Source: Eledone cirrhosa (taxonomy: Eukaryota). From it: a stretch of 64,000 bases of DNA. Positions 12,311 through 25,684 of the stretch are shown here, piece after piece. The notes beneath the pieces were generated by a model, which had not been told where the DNA came from, made no database searches, and was given only the letters and a program-made list of their open reading frames with translations. Within the stretch, counting starts at the first letter, position 1; each line of letters begins with the position of its first letter. The DNA lies in assembly GCA_964016885.1 (NCBI GenBank), contig OZ024750.1:49352001-49416000 (forward strand), in the 5' to 3' direction. The position numbers were made by a program, and so were the translations under genes.

Positions 12311-14282
12311 CTCCGACAAATTCTACATTTAACCACTTTCAAATGGCTTTCAAAGAGGCAGCGGCCGTCAACATCCCTTTAAAACCCAATGTTAAAAAGC
12401 GAAAACCCTGGGAAACAGAGAGGATGCGCCAAAAGCGCAAAGAATTGCGAAAAGCTGCAGAATTGAAAGACACTCAACAATCTCCAGAAAACATCAGTAA
12501 CTTCAGTGCTGCTTGTACAGCACTGAAAAGTGAGTATGAAATACTGCAAGCAGAATACATGCAGAGAAAGATCAATCATATCTCGAGTACTGTCAGCAAT
12601 CAGAAGTCTGCAGAAGCCTGGAAAACTGTCAATGAAATTAGTGGCAGAAAAAGTGGTGACAGAGCCAAACTGAAAGCCTCCAGCCCAGACGAACGTTTAA
12701 AACTGTGACAACAACATTTTCAGAACCTACTTGGCAAAGCACCACAGATAATCGAAGAAGAAATAATACCCGTTTTTACAGAGGGAACACCAAATACAGA
12801 AAGGTCCTTTCACTATGGAGGAACTACAGAAGGCAGCGAAAAGTATTGGTAACGGAAAAGCGTGCGGACTCGACGAGATCCCAGCTGAAGTGTGGAAGGT
12901 ACCTGCATTTTACCCAATCCTACTAGAGTTGTGTAATGGTGTCTATAATCACGACCCTATAGACAAATGGATTGAGGGATGTATACTCCCTTTTTTTCCC
13001 AAAAAGGGTGATCTTGGAATGGTTAAAAACTACCGTGCATAACACTAATGGCAATTGCCGCAAAGATATACAATCTCATGGTGTTTGACAGAATAAGACC
13101 TGTTATTGACCCCTTGCTGAGAAAAGACCAAAATGGCTTCCGCACCAACAAATCAACATCAGGGCAAATACTTACTATTCAGCGTATCTTGGAAGGTGTA
13201 AAAGCCCAAAACCTCATAGCAACTCTCCTGTTTATTGAATTTTCAAAAGCATTCGATTCCATCCATCGTGGGAGGATGAGAGAGATACTTATAACCTAGG
13301 GCTTGCCAAGGGAAACAGTAAATACCATCATGATGTTATATAAAAACACCCGCGCAGTGGTGCGCTCACCTGATGAAGATACCAACTTCTTTGACATCGT
13401 TGCAGGAGTACCCCAAGGGGATACTCTTGCACCATATATTTTTATCATCTGCCTCGACTATGTATTGACAAAAGCCCTGGACGAAAACTTAGCGTTTGGT
13501 TTCACTCTCACAAAGCGAAAGTGTAGACGCCATGCAGCTCAGAAAAACACCGGTTTTCGTTGACTACCTTAAAGATGCACCATCACTACTTCACAGCATC
13601 GAATCAGTTGCAAAGGAAATCGGACTCTATGTCAACGCAGGCAAAACATAATATATTTGCCTGAACCAAGACTCCTCAGTTGGTATGCGGCGATATAATC
13701 AAGCAAGTTGACGACTTCAAATAACTGGGTAGCTATATCGCCTCCACTGAACATGATGTTAACATCAGACTGGAAAAAGCCTGGGGAGCATTGAATGCAA
13801 TGGAAAAGATATGGAAATCAAACCTGCCGCCAAACTGAAAAGGAATTTCTGCAGATCTGCTGTGGAATATGTGCCTTTTTATGGCTTTGTCACCTGGACG
13901 CTAACGTCAAAACTGGAGAAAAAGGTAGACGGAGCATACACGCGTATGCTCCGGGCGGCTTTAAACGTGTCTTGGAGGGAACACCCAACAAATGAGGATC
14001 TCTATGGCAATATACCACCTTTCAGCAGGTCAATACGTGGATAGAGACTCAGATTTGCTGGCCACAGTTGGTGCAGCAAGGAATAAATAGCAGGTGATGT
14101 GTTGTTATGGAGTCCATCTCATGGAGCAAGAAACGCTGGTCGTCACAAGAAGACATACGTCAAGTAACTTGAGGACGATACTGGATGCACTGCGGAAGAA
14201 CTGGCAGACGCTAGGAGAGACAGAGATGGATGGAGGAAACGTGTCGTAGAAAGCCGAGCAAGCTCGACCTGATGATGTTGAT
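12311..14282 (+). mobile_element. RTE-clade LINE, 3' part (reverse transcriptase, disrupted) with (TGA)n tail
   Basis: KACGLDEIPAE, PKKGDL..NYR, QNGFR, EFSKAFDSI, GVPQGDTLAPYIF, RMLRAALNVSW; ends gcaagctcgacctgatgatgttga. Confidence 0.93.
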
Positions 14283-14397
14283 TTCTCGTTCTCTCTCTCT
14301 TTCACAAAAGTCGTAATGGGACACTGTGTGTATGTGGGCGAGGGTGTGTGCACACCTGCGTATGTGTCAGCACTATTAAATTAGAGACAAGTGAGTG

Positions 14398-14650
14398 TGT
14401 GTGGGTGTGTTTATCACCGTACTTAACTTTAAATTTAGAGAGAGGAAAAAGTTGAACAACTTTCTACACACACACATATATCTAACCTAAGAATGGTGAG
14501 ACAAACACACACTGACACACACAGACACACACATACATATATATATATATATATGTGTGTGTGTGTATGTGTTTGTGTCACCGTTCTTAGGTTTGACTTT
14601 TTCCTCACTTTAAATATATAGTTAAGTACGGTGATAAAAACACCCACCTA
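14398..14650. repeat. Imperfect palindromic (MITE-like) element centred on a (CA)/(TA)/(TG) tract
   Basis: gtgggtgtgtttatcaccgtacttaact..gaggaaaaagt..aacctaagaatggtga mirrored by tcaccgttcttaggtt..actttttcctc..agttaagtacggtgataaaaacacccac. Confidence 0.7.
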
Positions 14651-14682
14651 CACACATACACACACACATATATATATATATA

Positions 14683-15729
14683 TTGTCTAATGCCATGTGC
14701 GTTTTTCACTGGTAGTTGACTCCTCTGCCGCCAGGAAAAAACTCGTTGATAACGTAAACCTCCGTTCCACTTGCTCTAGTAGGCTTTTATATTTATATGT
14801 GAGCTGATAGAGTACAGTCTAAGGATTTACAGAAACCCATGAAGCTAGATTTAACACCTTTCTAGTGGGTCCGGGTATGATTTTACATTCATTTAAATTA
14901 TTGACGTATTGTTTTATTGATATTTTTTATCTGTTTGGCCCGAATCTTCCTTTATCGATTTTAAATCGTATGGTTGATTGTAGACTTGTTCTATATGTGA
15001 CGGTATTTTAACGATAGTTATAGCTCTGATTCATCTGAATTATTGAGCCCTCTGCCGCTCATATCGAATTTCGTTTATCGTGAACTCGTGCGCCGATTTT
15101 TCGATACTCGATCTTTCTAATATATTTAGCTCTGGACATAGCTATCCACCAGTTAATTTTATTGCTCATTTTTTGTCGATTCTATTGAGTGATGAATAGC
15201 TTTTGTTTTATTTTAACATGTCTATTGAGCACTCTAATTCGATATGTGTATTTCCACATTCACTCGAATTGTTTTCGCGGATATAGGGGTCATCTCCCTT
15301 GTCTAATGCCATGTGCGTTTTTCACTGGTAGTTGACTCCTCTGCCGCCAGGAAAAAACTCGTTGATAACGTAAACCTCCGTTCCACTTGCTCTAGTAGGC
15401 TTTTATATTTATATGTGAGCTGATAGAGTACAGTCTAAGGATTTACAGAAACCCATGAAGCTAGATTTAACACCTTTCTAGTGGGTCCGGGTATGATTTT
15501 ACATTCATTTAAATTATTGACGTATTGTTTTATTGATATTTTTTATCTGTTTGGCCCGAATCTTCCTTTATCGATTTTAAATCGTATGGTTGATTGTAGA
15601 CTTGTTCTATATGTGACGGTATTTTAACGATAGTTATAGCTCTGATTCATCTGAATTATTGAGCCCTCTGCCGCTCATATCGAATTTCGTTTATCGTGAA
15701 CTCGTGCGCCGATTTTTCGATACTCGATC

Positions 15730-15740
<11 letters not shown>
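14683..15740. repeat. Partial tandem duplication, period 616 bp (14683-15124 = 15299-15740), flanked by (TA)n
   Basis: Both copies begin ttgtctaatgccatgtgcg and appear identical over about 440 bp. Confidence 0.92.
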
Positions 15741-15762
<22 letters not shown>

Positions 15763-15933
15763 GTGTGTGTAGTAGTGGCGCCCACACACATTATTAGCTA
15801 TTTGAAAAGATGATGGATTTCGCAACTGACTGCACCAGGGTTCCTGTTCCTCAGGGAACCGCACTATATGGAGGACAAGGAGTTCTGGGGCACGAGAGTG
15901 AGATCCATCATCTCGACAGTAGTCGAAGAATGA

Positions 15934-15967
<34 letters not shown>

Positions 15968-15971
<4 letters not shown>

Positions 15972-18020
15972 AAATGAAAATCCGAAGGCATGGTAAAATT
16001 CCAATCATTTAATCACCACACATGTTTCAATAAGAGATAGATCGATTGTGAAGCCACGATCAATTATCACTGATGCATCGGTGAAAATGAATTGTCTTCA
16101 AATTTCTTGATATGAGGGAGAAAAAAACAATGTTACCTCACATAATTAATTCCCTCATATGGAGACACACCAGTCAGTCAGAGACGAGGCGACTGCTATT
16201 AGCTTAAAATTGAGGTCACAAAAGTTTTCAGACTTCCATCGCTGCAAAAGACGCTGGACATCGAAACAAATCCGTAGGGATGCAGTCAGTCACCGTTAGA
16301 AGTGAGTGGATACACACACACTCCACACCCGCATACATCGGCTCGAGGTCAAAGAAAAATAAAAATAAACATAAAAATAAATGCATATACACACTCACAG
16401 TATTAAACCCGCAGAATTAGCGTGGGTGGGCACACATACACCCCAACACTCACCGAAGCGACATTCGAGAAAAAGCATATATAAGAATGTACCAACACAG
16501 CAATCACCGAAAAGTTAGTTCGTAAAGCAACAGAAATTATGTCGGTCAAATCTCAATTTGACGATGTAAATCGGAAATGTTAAGTTAACCAACGCTACAC
16601 ACATACACACAGACACAAGCGCGTGCGCGCAAGTAAGTTCAGTTCAGTGTTCTGCTCTACGTGTAAAGATCCAATTGTAACATCAATATCTTCAAGTGTG
16701 TGTTATGGTAAAAGGTGTACACACATCCGAATCAGCAAAAAAATGGAAGTCTGGGTATATACACATCCATGTGAAGAGCTCAATTTGACGATGTAGATTG
16801 GAAATATTGGGTTAATCAACGCTACACACATACACACACACACACACACGTGCGTGCGTGCAATTAAGTTCAGTTCAGTGTTCTGCTATATGCGAATACA
16901 TCCAATTGTAACATCCATATCTTCAAGTGTGTGTTATGGCAATAGGTATACACGCATCCGAATCGTCCCCCCCCCCCACCCAAACAAGGGGGGGGGGGAT
17001 ATCTGGGTATATACACATCCATGTGAAGAGCAAGCATTCAGCTCATGCCGAACTACTCATTGTATACCGTGTATATACCCGGATACCCTTCCCCCTTTTT
17101 TGGACGATTACGATGTGTGTATACCTTTTACCATAACACACACTTGAAGATATGGATGTTACAATTGGATCTTTACACGTAGAGCAGAACACTGAACTGA
17201 ACTTACTTGTGCGCACGCGCTTGTGTCTGTGTGTATGTGTGTAGCGTTGGTTGACTTAACATTTCCGATATACATCGTCAAATTGAGATTTGACCGACAT
17301 AATTTCTGTTGCTTTACGAACTAACTTTTCGGTGATTGCTGTGTTGGTACATTCTTATATATGCTTTTTCTCGAATGTCGCTTCGGTGAGTGTTGGGGTG
17401 TATGTGTGCCCATCCACGCTAATTTTGCGGGTTTAATACTGTGTTGTTGTGTGTATATGTATTTATTTTTATGTTTATTTTTATTTTTATTTGACCTCGA
17501 GGCGATGTATGCGGGTGTGGAGTGTGTGTGTATCCACTTACTTCTAACTGTGACTGACTGCATTCCTACGGGTTTGTTTCGATGTCCAGCGTCTTTTGCA
17601 GCGATGGAAGTCTGAAAACTTTTGTGACCTCAATTTTAAGCTAATAGCAGTCGCCTCGTCTCTGACTGACTGGTGTGTCTCCATATGAGGGAATGAATTA
17701 TGTGAGGTAACATCGTTTTTTCTCCCTCATATCAACAAATTTGAAGACAATTCATTTTCAACTGATGAGATCAGTGATAATTGATCGTGGCATCACAATC
17801 GATCTATCTCTTATTGAAACATGTGTCGTGATTAAATGATTGGAATTTTACCTTGCCTTCGGATTTTCATTTTGATACTTATACTCCGTTTTAAATCATC
17901 TAGCTGTTCCCTCGAATGGAATTGGAGATATACAAAAGCGTTGAGAACTTAATATTGCTAAAATAGAGTTATTGGATCTTTTTACACAACCAATATTGCA
18001 CCTTACTATATAACAACTAT
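15968..18020 (+). mobile_element. Non-coding fold-back PLE end: about 800 bp inverted arms (15968-16765 / 17068-17876) plus 3' extension
   Basis: atcaaaatgaaaatccgaagg... versus ...ccttcggattttcattttgat. HHR near the outer end of each arm; internal tandem duplication (about 16550-16780 / 16780-17030); flanked by (TA)n. Confidence 0.85.
17757..17831 (+). ncRNA. Hammerhead ribozyme with long stem II insert
   Basis: CTGATGA (17762) ... GAAA (17816)-catgt-GTC-gtga; mirrored degenerate copy at about 16013-16085 on the minus strand. Confidence 0.6.
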
Positions 18021-18139
18021 ATATATATGTGGGGGGGGGGGTATGTGTGTGTGTGTGTGTGTGTAGACACATTCTTCAACGCTTCCTCTCTCTAAAGTTA
18101 ATGATATATATATTACAAACAAACCCTAGGAAAATCCGT

Positions 18140-18515
18140 GAATTTGTTTTGCAAGGATGTTGATATGAAATCATGCGTTGAAACACATATTTTTATATTT
18201 GGGGAGGGTCGTGTTGGCAAAAATAATAATAAAACACACCCACTGTTTGGTTTGGTTTTCAATTCAGTTAAGTATATCTATATATTTTTATAAATAATTT
18301 AGCTGGCACCAAAAGGCAAAAATACTTATAGAAACACGATGGGAGGAAATCAATGAAGATATCACAGAAAAATTGTGTGTGACGAAGAAACTTTCAGAAA
18401 TGTATATCTATATTTATAAGTTTAACGGTTGGTCAATCAATGATAGTCATTGATTGCCAGCTAAATTATTATGTTGGCAATATTCGGACAACATGACCCT
18501 CCCCATATATAACAG
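18140..18515. mobile_element. Rearranged inverted pseudo-LTR remnants (Nematis-like subfamily)
   Basis: tatatttggggagggtcgtgttg at left and caacatgaccctccccatatataaca at right; degenerate HHR atgaaga-tatcaca..tgtgtgac-gaag in the middle. Confidence 0.6.
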
Positions 18516-18539
18516 TACCTGGAAAAATCTCCAGCAATG

Positions 18540-19120
18540 AATCTATCTGACCGATCTTTGAATTTAGTATCAACCAACACCATCCAATAGTGGTCAACCT
18601 CGCAGTCCATCTATAAAATGGGCAGAGAGTGTATTTCAGTGAGACCACTGCTCTTCAGTTGACATAAGCACCACCTGCTAGAAGTTGCAACATTGTCAGG
18701 AACATTTGTTTCTGACAATTGTTTCATTCCCAGAATACCTCTGAAGACAACTGGTTTGCTATTTGAATTTCAAAGACAACAATTTCCTATCAGACTCAGT
18801 TTTGCCATAACCATCAATACATCTCAATGGCAATCATTGAAAGTCGTTGGGTTGAACCTGGGAGAAATCTGTCCTTTCACATGGTCAAATATATGTTTGT
18901 ACAACAAGGGTTGGAAATCCTGAGTGTCTCTTCATTGAGGCACCACTAGAGCAAAACCATGAAGTTGTTCATCCAGAGACTTTGGAATGAGCAATATCGT
19001 AATTTCTTCTTCAATGACAATAAATACTATTTCTATAGTTTGTAAGGAATTCTGAACGTGCTTATTTAATGTATAGCTTTACATTGGAAGAACATACAGA
19101 CAATCCTGGGTACCTCGCTA
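18540..19120 (+). mobile_element. Internally deleted Helitron remnant (RepHel linker and PIF1 helicase C-terminus)
   Basis: HHPIVVNLAVHL*NGQRVYF (18575-18640), then FIPRIPL..FEFQRQQFPIRLSFAITINTSQWQSLKVVGLNL..SHGQ and VVHPETLE*. Confidence 0.82.
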
Positions 19121-19489
19121 TGTACAGTAGTATAAGTGAGATATGTTTATGGTAGCAAGCTCGACCTGTTAGAAATAGCAGCCAAATGTCTTTCAAATCA
19201 CAGTCTACTGTCTCATGTATTTATATATGTATGTATGAACCAAAAAGGAAAGGTTGTATGTGACACCTCTATCTACTAGAAATATTAGCAAAATCTATTT
19301 CAAATCACAGCGAACAGTCTTACACACATACACACACACACGTATGAGTGTGTAAATATGTCATGGAAGCCACTATAACTGTTGGTGTACCTAAAATAAA
19401 TAGAAAACAAATCTCGCTCTAACAAGATCCTACTGCCATACAGCTAAAATTTGTTGAAAGCTACTGTGTAAAAATGTTAATTAACCCAT

Positions 19490-19720
19490 GCGCTTCCACA
19501 CTTTGGGCCAAGGAGGGTAAACTCTCCTTATATCAACTGCTCTCTGACAGTCTTGTTGTTGAGATCATAGCCATAGAGACTTCTGGTGTCCTTGGCACCA
19601 GGGCTATCTCGCAACTCACCACCATCGGCACAGAGTTGGCTAACCACAGGGGTGAGACTCGCAAATCGGAAAGGATTTTCCAGCACGTTTCCCTTACCAT
19701 TCTCTATTCAAAGCATTAGG
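19490..19720 (+). mobile_element. CRE/R2-group non-LTR retrotransposon 3' remnant (restriction-like endonuclease C-terminus)
   Basis: EGKLSLYQLLSDSLVVEIIAIETSGVLGTRAISQLTTIGTELANHRGETRKSERIFQHVSLTI fits the K..KY..L....P.AIET.G..G..A...L..IG..L....G..R....L.QR.S..I pattern. Confidence 0.7.
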
Positions 19721-20355
19721 GCTGCCGGGCGGCCAGCACGTGGGCACCTCTTTGCTGATAATAGTGAGTGATGGGGAAATCGGGAGAGATGGAGGCAGTG
19801 ACAGTGTGAGTTTGATTTCTTGTGTATATGTATATATTTACCACACTTACACACATCTAAATAAACTTTCCTGAAGTGCAGAAATGAGTAAATAAATTAT
19901 TTATTCATTCTTAAACAAATGGTATTTTTTTTTTATTTCATTTCATTTATGCTTTTAAAATAATCATCACATTTTGTTTGAATTTCATATAAAAAAAAAA
20001 CAGGATAAATACAATCTAAATTTATTTTTTTGGTCATATCCTTTTCATTGACATCATACCTAATGATTCTTCATGTCCTAAACATTATATATGCTGACTG
20101 TAATAGGAAGCAGTTTTAGAAAATCGCCACTGGACAAAACTAATAATATTTTTATCTACATGATTTGCTTTAAACAAACGACAATAAATATTCTGCCCTA
20201 ATTCCTACTTTAGTAAAAATTCAGCAATCATATTTCAATGGTCAAATATTGTACATTTAACAAAATACCCGGAAATCACTGGGTAGCTCAGTTAGTGTAT
20301 ATATATATATATATTGTTAAAAATACAGATATAAATATATATATATATTTATATT

Positions 20356-20539
20356 TGGTTCTACTTTAGGCACAAGGCCAGCAATTACCCAGTTCATTAG
20401 TGGTACTTTATTTTATCGACCCCGTAAGGATGAAAGGCAAAGTCAACCTCGGCGGGATTTGAACTCAGATCGTAAAGGGACGTAACTATGCTGGAAAGCA
20501 TGGCGTCCGACCCTCTACCGATACTGCCAATCCACCGCC
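20356..20539 (-). mobile_element. Full-length tRNA-derived SINE family A with 53 bp target-site duplication
   Basis: Minus strand ggcggtggattggcagtatcggtag (A box) ... gagttcaaatcccgcc (B box) ... tail. 20303-20355 is identical to 20541-20593. Confidence 0.9.
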
Positions 20540-20834
20540 AATATATATATATTGTTAAAAATACAGATATAAATATATATATATATTTATATTGTCTATC
20601 AAAGTGCTTTGGTCACTCGTCACACTTCTGTGACATCATCAGTGGTACAATAATATTGTATTGTAGTTGACTGAAACAATATTAAATGCGTTTTACTCAA
20701 GAACACCTACAACCACCGCTCTATCCAGATAATACATGCCTTGCGATTGTGTTTACAGCACATTAACTATGACGACACTTCTTCAGAAATGTATATTGTT
20801 TGCAATATTAATATATATATATATATATATATAT

Positions 20835-21000
20835 AACGAAGGAAATGTGGTAAGGAACCAGGTGGACCATAACGCACCAAAGTACTCAATACTTAGGGTA
20901 GTAGAGTGGGTAATAGGAACAAGTAAGACCCCGTCGGCTGAGCCAGAATTAGCCGTCGAAACGGCTTGAGCTCAGTCGTCGGGGTCTTACTGGTTCCTAT
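20835..21000 (-). mobile_element. Mini fold-back PLE end (half-hammerhead family), copy with a partly deleted arm
   Basis: Homologous to 52141-52335 and 62078-62266; flanked by (TA)n. Confidence 0.8.
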
Positions 21001-21153
21001 ATATATATATACGTGAGAAAAATCACAGACCCTCCATCTCAACTCACCTTTTGAAAAGCAGAAGAACTGCGAAACCGGTAAAGGAACCAAATAAATATAT
21101 ATATTTTAAAAAAAAATAAGACTCCAGCTGCATTTTCGATTTCATCTCTTTTT

Positions 21154-21240
<87 letters not shown>

Positions 21241-21244
<4 letters not shown>

Positions 21245-21664
21245 TTCAAAATATAAACACAATAGATATTCTTGTGATCAAGTATGTTTTATTATACATA
21301 TTTCAGAGGTACTGAGTTAACTTCAACAGTACGTCCTCATCAGATACAATAGAATGATGCATGACATACCCTGACATAGTCTATGGGTATGATTCAGTCA
21401 AGGTAGTACCATGACTGAATCTTAACCATCTACTATATCAGGGTATGTCATGCATCATCTTATTTTATCTGATGAGGACGTACTGTTGAATTTAACTCAG
21501 TACCTCCGATATATGTATAATAAAATATACTTGATCACAAGAATATCTATTTTGTTAATATTTTGAATTAATATTAATAACTCCGGAAAACAATATATCT
21601 TGAGTGCATCCAATCTATTGTAAAACTCATTCTTTCATTTATTTATTGAACCTTGTTTAACCTT

Positions 21665-21667
<3 letters not shown>
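21241..21667 (+). mobile_element. 331 bp palindrome (21241-21571, centre 21406) with an HHR in each arm, plus 3' extension
   Basis: ttaattcaaa... / ...tttgaattaa symmetric about ggta-g-tacc; (TA)n on both sides. Confidence 0.88.
21287..21348 (-). ncRNA. Minimal type I hammerhead ribozyme (intact core)
   Basis: tat-CTGATGA-ggacgtactgttgaagttaactcagtacctct-GAAA-tatgt-ATA-ata. The mirror copy at 21463-21524 (+) has GATA in place of GAAA. Confidence 0.7.
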
Positions 21668-21712
<45 letters not shown>

Positions 21713-22207
21713 TTCATGTGTATATGAGTGTCTAATGGAACCTATATATGTGACTATACTTAAACCTAAATAAGAAAACTTTATTAAATTTTACATTCAT
21801 ACGAAATTGCAAAATTGCAAACTTCTCTACGACATTGTGGTAAAGGAAATAGTACTTTAGTTTTCTATTCAATATCTAATATAATGCAAATTTTGTGATT
21901 ACTTGAAAATTTAGAAAATGTTATTTGAAAACAAAAACATAACAATTATGTTAAATAATTCTTATTAAATAATTTATTTTACGGATATTTTCCGAAAGTT
22001 TGAAATTATCATTTTCTGTTTTATAAGTGCACCTACATTTCCAAGTGATTTCATTTTTATTTGAAAAGTATTTCATAAGAACACTTATTCAGCAGGAAAC
22101 AACTCATAGCAATGAAGCTATATATCCAATTCATAGCTCGAATCTATAATATACAACTTTATTTAGCATTTATTAGACTTGTGTATATATAAATCTCTCT
22201 CACTCAA

Positions 22208-22445
<238 letters not shown>

Positions 22446-22655
22446 CAATATGTTGAAAAGGTAACACACCAGAGAGAGATATAGAGTGCACTATCAATAA
22501 AACAGGGAAAAAACAACCAGTGTATGGAATCTATAACCTATGAAAGGCAGACTATACCTTTTCAACATATTGTGTTTTAAAGAGCTCAGGATTTCTTCTC
22601 CTTTGAGCACATTATTTACAGGGAATGGCGAGGGCCTATGGCTCCGTTAATTTAT

Positions 22656-23080
<425 letters not shown>

Positions 23081-23370
23081 GACATTTGCAATTTTGAAAA
23101 TAGAATATATTTTCACGAGCTCTGACAGTTTAGCAGATGAACAGTGAGCTGTACTGATGAAGGGTGATACACAGAAACATTAGTGCCGGCGGTTCTGGCC
23201 GCATGCCGACACAGGAGCAAGAATGAAGTGTTCATTCTACTGACAAGGCTATAACATTGAGGCTTGTTTGCAAAATTGCAAACGAATCGAAAGTTATTAT
23301 TAATATTTGAAAAACTCAGATTACATTTATCGTATTCAGCCATGTAGAGAACATTTTTTTTTATATATAT

Positions 23371-23644
<274 letters not shown>

Positions 23645-24097
23645 GCGTGTAGGTGTGTGTGTGTGTACATCTATACCAGTTGGCTCTTCAGCGTTAGTGG
23701 CCACATGTAACCAAGTACAACATGTGCATGGTCGGGTCTTCATAGAGTAAACCGGTAACCCCACCATAATTGGTTGGTGGGTGTGTGTGGAGTGGACTCT
23801 TTGGCGAATGAAAAACAAAACTTGTCAAATAGCTGAGGCACATAGGAGTCTCAACCGACATCAAATAAAACATTTTTTAGAGGAGCAATCGACTGAGGGA
23901 CTTGTAATCTTCATTCAGACATGTCTCTAGAAGAAGATCACTGTGATATAAAACATGCGACTTAGTTTCCATCCAATGATGGAGACCATTTCTAATATTT
24001 GGGAAAATGATTTCAATGTTCAGAGAGTACGATTGGCTCTGTGTATAGCCTTTACTCACTTAAAACAACTTCCAGGAGAGGAATCGCGTGATATATG

Positions 24098-24201
<104 letters not shown>

Positions 24202-24212
24202 CTGTATATATC

Positions 24213-24263
<51 letters not shown>

Positions 24264-24273
24264 CTGTGTGTAG

Positions 24274-24322
<49 letters not shown>

Positions 24323-24661
24323 TGTGTGTGCGTGTGTGTATAAAATAATGAAAAAAGACAGAAGTCAGAGGTAGGTAGTAAATTAGTTCATTGTTTTCCG
24401 ATCGTTTCTAGTGTCGACAAGCATGGCAATTGTTAGGCAATAACTAATTCTAGACTGGAAAATTCCTGCTCTATCGTCGGTATTACTCTGTACCCTGGGC
24501 AGATCTTCTTCGAGGAAACCTTAGGTGGTGGTCACCTACTTCAAACAATATGGTCACACTGCCTAATCATACTGCAACCATCTTTCCAAGGACCGATTGA
24601 GATCTAAGAACGTTATCAGCACAACCACAACCAGGGAGAATACGATATGTATATATATATA

Positions 24662-25068
24662 AACAATGAGTTATTTGGTTTGTTGATTATTCAACAAAGT
24701 CAATTTACAAAAGCTTAGAAGCACTCAACGAAATATATCCGAAGTATCATTAATATCAAATAATATTAATAAATGGAAAATATATTTATAAAACCATATT
24801 TATGTTATTATATGTATTTCAATGGTACTAATATTTGAGTAAGCTTTCGTCAGATAAAATACAATAATTGGTGTAAAGATAGTGACATATCTTCATGTGA
24901 ACTTCCTGTTATAAGTTCATTGAACTTATAACATGAAGTTAACATGAAGATATGTCCCTATTATTATATTTTATGTGATGAAAGTGTACAAAAATATTAG
25001 TACCATTGAAAGACGTATAATAAATAAATATGGTTTTATAAAGATATTTTCCATTTATTAATATTAGT
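24662..25068 (-). mobile_element. Fold-back pseudo-LTR palindrome (24762-25068, centre about 24918) with HHR in each arm and extension on the left
   Basis: Minus-strand HHR 24805-24859 ttttat-CTGACGA-..-GAAA-tacat-ATA-ataa; plus copy has GTGATGA. Centre ttataagttca-t-tgaacttataa. Confidence 0.82.
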
Positions 25069-25684
25069 CTGTATATATATATACATATATATATGCATAT
25101 ATATATATTTAAAAGAATAGAGGTGTAACACACGAGTTGTGATATATTGGTAAAAGGAAAAGAAAATGCTGACAAATTGTTCCCAGTGAAAAATAGTTTA
25201 ATTAGGAATATGTAAAAATTAGTAATAAGTATTGGTTAGTATTCAGTTTTAGTTTTAAGTTTTTACCGGTTGCGCATTTATAATGCTTTTCAAAAATCAT
25301 TTTGAGATAGAGCGCCCGTGATGTTTGGTCTGATCTGATCAGTTTTGGAAATTCTACCTGTTTTATGTGAAAAAAGTGCTCCAGAGGTATTAAAATAATT
25401 TTCGCGCCAATTCGTGTTGCAAACATTCCTGTGGGCAAAACAATTTTGATTGGTCGTTTGAGGTCCCGTGAATGTTAAACATTGATTTTGCGCCAAATGT
25501 AGGTTTGTCGAAGAGTGTCATTTTCGCCTGATTGAGAAGTCACTGAAAAATAAGTCTTTTAAGACAAATATGTGTGTGTGTGTAGTAAAGAGGTACATTT
25601 TTGTGATAATCATCATTAGGGATGTGTGTGTGAATTGCAGTCATGTTGAAAGGTCAACAGTTCATATATATATATATATATATT

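Noticed and set aside
15968-17876. Long terminal inverted repeats as a DNA transposon (Foldback/MITE/Polinton)
   Set aside because: Arms carry hammerhead motifs, one arm has an unpaired 3' extension, and equivalent structures here contain PLE coding sequence. No transposase or fixed TSD was seen.
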